Below are positions 54,701-64,000 of a stretch of 64,000 nt of DNA, piece by piece (position 1 is the first letter of the stretch; each line of letters opens with the position of its first letter). Source of the stretch: Eledone cirrhosa (Eukaryota); the NCBI GenBank assembly GCA_964016885.1, contig OZ024744.1, forward strand, positions 17,980,001-18,044,000, read 5' to 3'. The notes beneath the pieces were generated by a model. That model was not told the DNA's origin, ran no database searches, and saw only the letters and a program-made list of their open reading frames with translations. Made by a program: the position numbers and the translations under genes.

Positions 54701-56336
54701 CTGTATGTTTCTGTATGTCTGTGTCACTGTGTATGTCACTGTATCTTTGTGTATGTATGTGTCCCTGTGTATGTCACTGTATGTTTCTGTATGTCTGTGT
54801 CACTGTGTATATCACTGTATCTTTCTGTATGTCTGTGTCACTGTCTATCTCACTGTGTGTTTCTGAATGTCTGTGTCACGGTGTATGTCACTGTATCATT
54901 GTGTATGCCTGTGTCACTGTGTATGTCACTGTGTGTTTCTATATGTCTGTGCCACGGTGTATGTCACTGTATCATTGTGTATGCCTGTGTCACTGTGTAT
55001 GTCACTGTGTGTTTCTGTATGTCTGTGTCACTGTGTATGTCAATGTCTCTGTGTGTTTCTGTATGTCTGTGTCTCTGTGTATGTCACTGTATCTTTGTGT
55101 ATGTATGTGTCACTGTGTATGTCACTGTGTGTTTCTGCATGTCAGTGTCACTGTGTATGTCACTGTGTGTTTCTGTATGTCTGTGTCACTGTATATGTCA
55201 CTGTATGTTTGTGTATGTCTGTGTCACTGTGTATGTCACTGTGTGTTTCTGTATGTCTGTGTCACTGTGTATGTCACTGTGTGTTTCTGTATGTATGTGT
55301 CACTGTGTATGTCACTGAGTGTTTCTGTATGTATGTGTCACTATGTATGTCGCTGTATGTTTGTGTTGTCTGTGTCACTGTGTATGTCACTGGCTGTTTC
55401 TGTATGTCTATGTCACTGTGTATGTCACTGTGCGTTTCTGTATGTATGTATCACTGTGTATGTCACTGTGTGTTTCTGTATGTCTGTGTCACTGTCTATG
55501 TCACTGTATCTTTGTGTATGTCTGTTTCACTGTGTATGTCAATGTGTGTTTCTGTATGTATGTGTCTCTGTGTATGTCACTTTATCTTTGTGTATGTATG
55601 TGTCACTGTGTATGTCACTGTGTGTTTGTGTATGCCTGTGTCACTGTGTATGTTAACTGTGAGTTTCTGTATGTCTGTGTCACTGTGTATGTCACTGTAT
55701 ATTTCTGTATGTCTGAGTCAGTGTGTATGTCACTGGGTGTTTCTGTATGTCTGTGTCACACTGTATCTCACTGTATCTTTGTGTAGGTCTCTGTCACCGT
55801 GTATGTCACTGTGAGTTTCTGTATATCTGTGTCACTGTGTATGTCACAGTGTGTTTCTGTATGTATGTGTCACTGTGTATGTCACTGTATGTCTCTGTAT
55901 GTATGTGTCACTGTCTATGTCACTGTATCTTTGTGTATGTCACTGTGTGTTTCTGTATGTCTGTGTCTCTGTGTGTGTCACTGTATCTTTGTGTATGTCT
56001 GTGTCACTGTGTATGTCACTGTGTGTTTCTGTATGTCTGTGTCACTGTGTATGTCACTGTGTGTTTCTGTATATCTGTGTCTCTGTGTATGTCACTGTAT
56101 CTTTGTGTATGTCTGTGTCACTGTGTATGTCACTGTATCTTTGTGTATGTTTGTGTCACGGTGTATATCACTGTATGTTTATGAATGTCTGTGTCACTGT
56201 GTATGTCACTGTGTGTTTCTGTATGTCTGTGTCACGGTGTATGTCACTGTGTGTTTCTGTATGTCTGTGTCACCGTGTATGTCACTGTATCATTGTGTAT
56301 GCCCGTGTCACTGTGTATGTCACTGTGTGATTCTGT
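48761..56336. repeat. ~7.6-kb block, copy 2 (of ~39750-47325)
   Basis: Constant offset 9,011. Differences were noticed only near 41400/50411 and 42264/51275. Confidence 0.9.
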
Positions 56337-59300
56337 ATGTCTGTGTCACTGTGTATATCACTGTGTGTTTCTGTATGCCTGTGCCACGTGTATGTCACTG
56401 TATGTTTGTGTGTGACTGTGTCTCTGTCTATGTCACTGTGTGTTTGCGTGTGTATGTGTCACTGTGTATGTCACTCTTTGTTTGTGTATGTCTGTGTCAC
56501 TGTGTGTGTTTCTCTATGTCTGTGTCACTGTGCATGTCATTGTATCTTCGTGTATGTCTGTGTCACTGTGTATGTCACTGTATCTTTGTGTATGTATGTG
56601 TCACTCTGTATGTCACTGTGTGTTTCTGCATGTCTGTGTTACTGTGTATGTCATTGTGTGTTTCTGTATGTCTGTGTCACTGTGTATGTCACTGTATGTT
56701 TCTGTATGTCTGTTTCACTGTGTATGTCACTGTGTGTTTCTGTATGTCTCTGTCACTCTGTATGTCACTGTATATTTCTGTATGTCTGTGTCACTGCGTA
56801 TGTCACTGTATGTTTCTGTATGTCTGTGTCACTGTGTATGTCACTGTATTTTTCTGTATGTCTGTGTCACTGTGTATGTCGCTGTATCTTTGTGTATGTC
56901 TGTGTCACCGTGTATGTCACTGTATGTTTCTGTATGTCTGTGTCACTGTGTATGTCACTGTATGTTTCTGTATGTCTGTGTCACTGTGTATGTCACTGTA
57001 TGTTTCTGTATGTCTGTGTCACTGTGTATGTCACTGTATCTTCGTGTATGTATGTGTCCATGTGTATGTCACTGTATGTTTCTGTATGTCTGTGTCACTG
57101 TGTATATCACTGTATGTTTCTGTATGTCTGTGTCACTGCCTATCTCACTGTATGTTTCTGAATGTCTGTATCACTGTGTATGTCACTGTGCGTTTCTGTA
57201 TGTCTGTGTCACGGTGTATGTCACTGTATGTTTGTGTGTGTATTTGTCACTGTGTATGTCACTGTGTGTTTGTGTATGTCTGTGTCACTGTGTATGTCAC
57301 TGTGTGTTTCTGTATGTCTGTGTCACTGTGTAAGTCATTGTATCTATGTGTATGTCTGTGACACTCTGTATGTCATTGTGTGTTTCTGTATGTCTGTGTG
57401 ACTGTCTATGTCACTGTATATTTGTGTATGTCTGTGACACTGTGTATGCTAATGTGTGTTTATGTATGTATGTGTCTCTGTGTATGTCACTGTATCTTTG
57501 TGTATGTATGTGTCACTGTGTATGTCACTGTCTGTTTGTGTATGACTGTGTCACTGTGTATGTCACTGTATATTTCTGTATGTCTGTGTCACTGTGTATG
57601 TCACTGTATGTTTCTGTATGTCTGTGTCACTCTGTATGTCAATGTGTGTTTCTGCATGTCTGTGTCACTGTGTATGTCATTGTGTGTTTCTGTATGTCTG
57701 TGTCACTGTGTATGTCACTGTATCTGTGTGTATGTATGTGTCCCTGTGTATGTCACTGTATGTTTCTGTATGTCTGTGTCACTGTGTTTCTGTATGTCTG
57801 TGTCACTGTGTATGTCACTGTATCTTTGTGTATGTCTGTGTCACCGTGTATGTCACTGTATGTTTCTGTATGGCAGTGTTACTGTGTATGTCACTGTATG
57901 TTTCTGTATGTCTGTGTCACTGTGTATGTCACTGTATGTTTCTGTATGTCTGTGTCACTGTGTATGTCACTGTATCTTTGTGTATGTATGTGTCCCTGTG
58001 TATGTCACTGTATGTTTCTGTATGTCTGTGTCACTGTGTATATCACTGTATGTTTCTGTATGTCTGTGTCACTGTCTATCTCACTGTGTGTTTCTGAATG
58101 TCTGTGTCACTGTGTATGTCACTGTGCGTTTCTGTATGTCTGTGTCACGGTGTATGTCAATGTCTCTGTGTGTTTCTGTATGTCTGTGTCTCTGTGTATG
58201 TCACTGTATCTTTGTGTATGTATGTGTCACTGTGTATGTCACTGTGTGTTTCTGTATGTCTGTGTCACTGTGTATGTCAATGTCTCTGTGTGTTTCTGTA
58301 TGTCTGTGTCTCTGTGTATGTCACTGTATCTTTGTGTATGTAAGTGTCACTGTGTATGTCACTGTGTGTTTCTGTATGTCTGTGTCACTGTGTATGTCAC
58401 TGTGTGTTTCTGCATGTCAGTGTCACTGTGTATGTCACTGTGTGTTTCTGTATGCCTGTGTCACTGTATATGTCACTGTATGTTTGTGTATGTCTGTGTC
58501 ACTGTGTATGTCACTGTCTGTTTCTGTATGACTGTGTCACTGTGTATGTCACTGTGTGTTTCTGTATGTATGTGTCACTGTGTATGTCACTGAGTGTTTC
58601 TGTATGTATGTGTCACTATGTATGTCGCTGTATGTTTGTATTGTCTGTGTCACTGTGTATGTCACTGTGTATTTCTGTATGTCTGTGTCAGTGTGTATGT
58701 CACTGGGTGTTTCTGTATGTCTGTGTCACACTGTATATCACTGTATCTTTGTGTAGGTCTCTGTCACCGTGTATGTCACTGTGAGTTTCTGTATGTCTGT
58801 GTCACTGTGTATGTCACAGTGTGTTTCTGTATGTATGTGTCACTGTGTATGTCACTGTATGTCTCTGTATGTATGTGTCACTGTCTATGTCACTGTATCT
58901 TTGTGTATGTCTACGTCACTGTGTATGTCACTGTGTGTTTCTGTATGTCTGTGTCTCTGTGTATGTCACTGTATCCTTGTGTATGTTTGTGTCACGGTGT
59001 ATATCCCTGTACGTTTGTGTATGTCTGTGTCACTCTATATGTCACTGTACGTTTGTGTATGTCTGTGTGACTGTGTATGTCACTGTATGTTTCTGTATGT
59101 CTGTGTCACGGTGTATGTCACTGTGTGTTTCTGTATGTCTGTGTCACTGTGTATGTCACTGTATCTTTGTGTATGTCTGTGTCACTGTGTACGTCACTGT
59201 GTGTTTCTGTATGTATGTGTCACTGTCTATGTCACTGTATGTTTCTGAGTGTCTGTGTCACTGTGTATGTCACTGTGTGTATCTGTATGTCTGTGTCACG

Positions 59301-60149
59301 GTGTATGTCACTGTATGTTTGTGTGTGTCTGTGTCACTGTGTATGTCACTGTGTGTTTCTGTATGTCTGTGTCACCGTGTATGTCACTGTATCTTTGTGT
59401 ATGCCTGTGTCACTGTGTATGTCACTGTGTGATTATGTATGTCTGTGTCTCTGTCTATGTCACTGTGTGTTTGCGTGTGTCTGTGTCACTGTGTATGTCA
59501 CTGTTTGTTTGTGTATGTCTGTGTCACTGTGTGTGTTTCTGTATGTCTGTGTCACTGTGCATGTCATTGTATCTTCGTGTATGTCTGTGTCACTGTGTAT
59601 GTCACTGTATCTGTGTGTATGTCTGTGCCACTCTGTATGTCACTGTGTGTTTCTGCATGTCTGTGTTACTGTGTATGTCATTGTGTGTTTCTGTATGTCT
59701 GTGTCACTGTGTATGTCACTGTATGTTTCTGTATGTCTGTTTCACTGTGTATGTCACTGTGTGTTTCTGTATGTCTCTGTCACTCTGTATGTCACTGTAT
59801 ATTTCTGTATGTCTGTGTCACTGTGTATGTCACTGTATGTTTCTGTATGTCTGTGTCACTGTGTATGTCACTGTATTTTTATGTATGTCTGTGTCACTGT
59901 GTATGTCACTGTATCTTCGTGTATGTATGTGTCCCTGTGTATGTCACTGTATGTTTCTGTATGTCTGTGTCATTGTGTATGTCACTGTGTGTATCTGTAT
60001 GTCTGTGTCACTGTGTATGTCAATGTATCTTTGTGTATGTCTGTGTCACCGTGTATGTCACTGTATGTTTCTGTATGTCTGTGTCACTGTGTATGTCACT
60101 GTATGTTTCTGTATGTCTGTGTCACTGTGTATGTCACTGTATGTTTCTG

Positions 60150-63100
60150 TATGTCTGTGTCACTGTGTATGTCACTGTATCTTCGTGTATGTATGTGTCC
60201 CTGTGTATGTCACTGTATGTTTCTGTATGTCTGTGTCACTGTGTATATCACTGTATGTTTCTGTATGTCTGTGTCACTGTCTATCTCACTGTATGTTTCT
60301 GAATGTCTGTGTCACTGTGTATGTCACTGTGCGTTTCTGTATGTCTGTGTCACGGTGTATGTCACTGTATGTTTGTGTGTGTATGTGTCACTGTGTATGT
60401 CACTGTGTGTTTGTGTATGTCTGTGTCACTGTGTATGTCACTGTGTGTTTCTGTATGTCTGTGTCACTGTGTAAGTCAATGTATCTTTGTGTATGTCTGT
60501 GGCACTCTGTAAGTCATTGTGTGTTTCTGTATGTCTGTGTGACTGTCTATGTCACTGTATATTTGTGTATGTCTGTGACACTGTGTATGTCAATGTGTGT
60601 TTCTGTATGTATGTGTCTCTGTGTATGTCACTGTATCTTTGTGTATGTATATGTCACTGTGTATGTCACTGTGTGTTTGTGTATGACTGTGTCACTGTGT
60701 ATGTTACTGTGAGTTTCTGTATGTCTGTGTCACGGTGTATGTCACTGTATATTTCTGTATGTCTGTGTCAGTGTGTATGTCACTGGGTGTTTCTGTATGT
60801 GTGTGTCACACTGTATATCACTGTATCTTTGTGTAGGTCTGTGTCAGCGTGTATGTCACTGTATCTTTATGTATGTCTGTGTCACTGTGTATGTCACTGT
60901 GAGTTTCTGTATGTATGTGTCACTGTGTATGTCACTGTATCTTTATGTATGTCTGTGTCACTGTGTATGTCACTGTGAGTTTCTGTATGTCTGTGTCACT
61001 GTGTAAGTCATTGTATCTTTGTGTATGTCGGTGGCACTCTGTATGTCATTGTGTGTTTCTGTATGTCTGTGTGACTGTCTATGTCACTGTATCTTTGTGT
61101 ATGACTGCGTCACTGTGTATGTCACTGTGTGTTTCTGTATGTCTGTGTCTCTGTCTATGTCACTGTGTGTTTGCGTGTGTCTGTGTCACTGTGTATGTCG
61201 CTGTGTGTTTCTGTATGTCTGTGTGACTGTGTATGTCACTGTTTGTTTGTGTATGTCTGTGTCACTGTGTGTGTTTCTGTATGTCTGTGTCACTGTGCAT
61301 GTCATTGAATCTTTGTATATGTCTGTGTCACTGTGTATGTCACTGTATCTTTGTGTATGTCTGTGTCACTCTGTATGTCACTGTGTGTTTCTGCATGTCT
61401 GTGTCACTGTGTATGTCATTGTGTGTTTCTGTATGTCTGTGTCACTGTGTATGTCACTGTATATTTCTGTATGTCTGTGTCACTGTGTATGTCACTGTAT
61501 GTTTCTGTATGTCTGTGTCACTCTGTATGTCACTGTGTGTTTCTGCATGTCTGTGTCACTGTGTATGTCATTGTGTGTTTCTGTATGTCTGTGTCACTGT
61601 GTATGTCACTGTATCTTTGTGTATGTATGTGTCCCTGTGTATGTCACTGTTTGTTTCTGTATGTCTGTGTCACTGTGTATGTCACTGTGTTTCTGTATGT
61701 CTGTGTCACTGTGTATGTCACTGTATCTTTGTGTATGTCTGTGTCACCGTGTATGTCACTGTATGTTTCTGTATGGCAGTGTCACTGTGTATGTCACTGT
61801 ATGTTTCTGTATGTCTGTGTCACTGTGTCTGTCACTGTATGTTTCTGTATGTCTGTGTCACTGTGTATGTCACTGTATCTTTGTGTATGTATGTGTCCCT
61901 GTGTATGTCACTGTATGTTTCTGTATGTCTGTGTCACTGTGTATATCACTGTATGTTTCTGTATGTCTGTGTCACTGTCTATCTCACTGTGTGTTTCTGA
62001 ATGTCTGTGTCACAGTGTATGTCACTGTATCATTGTGTATGCCTGTGTCACTGTGTATGTCACTGTGTGTTTCTATATGTCTGTGCCACGGTGTATGTCA
62101 CTGTATCATTGTGTATGCCTGTGTCACTGTGTATGTCACTGTGTGTTTCTGTATGTCTGTGTCACTGTGTATGTCAATGTCTCTGTGTGTTTCTGTATGT
62201 CTGTGTCTCTGTGTATGTCACTGTATCTTTGTGTATGTATGTGTCACTGTGTATGTCACTGTGTGTTTCTGCATGTCAGTGTCACTGTGTATGTCACTGT
62301 GTGTTTCTGTATGTCTGTGTCACTGTATATGTCACTGTATGTTTGTGTATGTCTGTGTCACTGTGTATGTCACTGTGTGTTTCTGTATGTCTGTGTCACT
62401 GTGTATGTCACTGTGTGTTTCTGTATGTATGTGTCACTGTGTATGTCACTGAGTGTTTCTGTATGTATGTGTCACTATGTATGTCGCTGTATGTTTGTGT
62501 TGTCTGTGTCACTGTGTATGTCACTGGGTGTTTCTGTATGTCTATGTCACTGTGTATGTCACTGTGCGTTTCTGTATGTATGTATCACTGTGTATGTCAC
62601 TGTGTGTTTCTGTATGTCTGTGTCACTGTCTATGTCACTGTATCTTTGTGTATGTCTGTTTCACTGTGTATGTCAATGTGTGTTTCTGTATGTATGTGTC
62701 TCTGTGTATGTCACTTTATCTTTGTGTATGTATGTGTCACTGTGTATGTCACTGTGTGTTTGTGTATGCCTGTGTCACTGTGTATGTTAACTGTGAGTTT
62801 CTGTATGTCTGTGTCACTGTGTATGTCACTGTATATTTCTGTATGTCTGAGTCAGTGTGTATGTCACTGGGTGTTTCTGTATGTCTGTGTCACACTGTAT
62901 CTCACTGTATCTTTGTGTAGGTCTCTGTCACCGTGTATGTCACTGTGAGTTTCTGTATATCTGTGTCACTGTGTATGTCACAGTGTGTTTCTGTATGTAT
63001 GTGTCACTGTGTATGTCACTGTATGTCTCTGTATGTATGTGTCACTGTCTATGTCACTGTATCTTTGTGTATGTCACTGTGTGTTTCTGTATGTCTGTGT

Positions 63101-64000
63101 CTCTGTGTATGTCACTGTATCTTTGTGTATGTCTGTGTCACTGTGTATGTCACTGTGTGTTTCTGTATGTCTGTGTCACTGTGTATGTCACTGTGTGTTT
63201 CTGTATATCTGTGTCTCTGTGTATGTCACTGTATCTTTGTGTATGTCTGTGTCACTGTGTATGTCACTGTATCTTTGTGTATGTTTGTGTCACGGTGTAT
63301 ATCACTGTATGTTTATGAATGTCTGTGTCACTGTGTATGTCACTGTGTGTTTCTGTATGTCTGTGTCACGGTGTATGTCACTGTGTGTTTCTGTATGTCT
63401 GTGTCACCGTGTATGTCACTGTATCATTGTGTATGCCCGTGTCACTGTGTATGTCACTGTGTGATTCTGTATGTCTGTGTCACTGTGTATATCACTGTGT
63501 GTTTCTGTATGCCTGTGCCACGTGTATGTCACTGTATGTTTGTGTGTGACTGTGTCTCTGTCTATGTCACTGTGTGTTTGCGTGTGTATGTGTCACTGTG
63601 TATGTCACTCTTTGTTTGTGTATGTCTGTGTCAGTGTGTGTGTTTCTCTATGTCTGTGTCACTGTGCATGTCATTGTATCTTCGTGTATGTCTGTGTCAC
63701 TGTGTATGTCACTGTATCTTTGTGTATGTATGTGTCACTCTGTATGTCACTGTGTGTTTCTGCATGTCTGTGTTACTGTGTATGTCATTGTGTGTTTCTG
63801 TATGTCTGTGTCACTGTGTATGTCACTGTATGTTTCTGTATGTCTGTTTCACTGTGTATGTCACTGTGTGTTTCTGTATGTCTCTGTCACTCTGTATGTC
63901 ACTGTATATTTCTGTATGTCTGTGTCACTGCGTATGTCACTGTATGTTTCTGTATGTCTGTGTCACTGTGTATGTCACTGTATTTTTCTGTATGTCTGTG
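60150..64000. repeat. ~3.9-kb block matching ~53000-56866 (offset 7,134), running off the window end
   Basis: ORFs 53169/60303, 53885/61019, 54867/62001 and 56185/63319. GGCAGTG at 54641/61775. Confidence 0.85.

Larger units (their letters stand above)
1..64000. repeat. 38-bp TG-rich tandem satellite/minisatellite array (~1,680 monomers), extending beyond both window edges
   Basis: Unit GTCACTGTGTATGTCACTGTGTGTTTCTGTATGTCTGT (38 nt) repeats head-to-tail throughout. Main variants of the variable block are GTGTTTCTG, ATGTTTCTG, ATCTTTGTG and RTGTTTGTG. Deletions between aligned blocks are often 38 or 76 bp. No unique sequence was seen. Confidence 0.99.

Noticed and set aside
5-63549. Numerous + strand ORFs (up to 685 aa) rich in Cys/Val/His, superficially metallothionein-, keratin-associated- or zinc-finger-like
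   Set aside because: They overlap in all three frames with the same periodic peptide. The 38-bp unit is not a codon multiple, stops and frameshifts fall wherever variant monomers occur, and there is no unique N- or C-terminal domain.
1-64000. CRISPR array (repeat length in the CRISPR range, with a variable block)
   Set aside because: Monomers abut directly. The variable block takes only a few related states rather than unique spacers, and there is no leader or cas gene.
1-64000. Telomeric repeat (TG-rich strand bias, as in yeast TG1-3 or long yeast telomere units)
   Set aside because: There are no G-runs or TTAGGG-like units, and the kb-scale variant patterns indicate recombinational amplification rather than telomerase templating. 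A subtelomeric location cannot be judged from this window.
1-64000. G-quadruplex, pUG-fold or strong Z-DNA potential
   Set aside because: GGG is rare and isolated. Pure (TG)n runs reach only about 4-5 units, and purine-pyrimidine alternation is broken roughly every 10 bp by TC/CT/TT steps.
1-64000. Synthetic or low-complexity sequencing artefact
   Set aside because: Rare variants recur in conserved order at exact multi-kb offsets with nested, tree-like sharing, as expected of a real evolving satellite. Individual near-identical blocks could still be misassembled.
1-64000. Assignment to a named satellite family, species or Ig/TCR locus
   Set aside because: I do not recognise the monomer with confidence, and no V, D or J coding segments lie next to the heptamers. 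A Dfam/Repbase/BLAST search is required.

Overview
The whole 64-kb window is one uninterrupted satellite/minisatellite array in a single orientation. It holds about 1,680 copies of a 38-bp monomer, consensus GTCACTGTGTAT-GTCACTGTRTST-TTSTGTATGTCTGT (12+12+14 bp, ~42% GC, ~74% T+G on the + strand, no CpG). Both array ends lie outside the window. I see no real gene, RNA gene, transposon or CRISPR array. The + strand Cys/Val-rich ORFs are a by-product of a stop-free monomer whose length is not a multiple of 3. Rare variant monomers reveal nested structure: 120-, 152- and 342-bp local duplications, a loose ~3-4.8-kb higher-order unit, tandem duplications of 3,863 and 3,966 bp, and near-identical blocks at offsets 7,134, 9,011 and 16,323 bp. 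Two interleaved subfamilies are present. The most unusual observation is on the minus strand: most monomers carry a perfect V(D)J RSS heptamer (CACAGTG) followed by a nonamer-like 9-mer at 12/24-bp or 10/22-bp spacing. The array therefore reads as a dense run of cryptic 12- and 23-RSS-like sites. This may be a coincidence of CA-rich sequence and needs testing. The organism cannot be identified from the sequence; it looks eukaryotic. Block boundaries and difference counts were estimated by eye.
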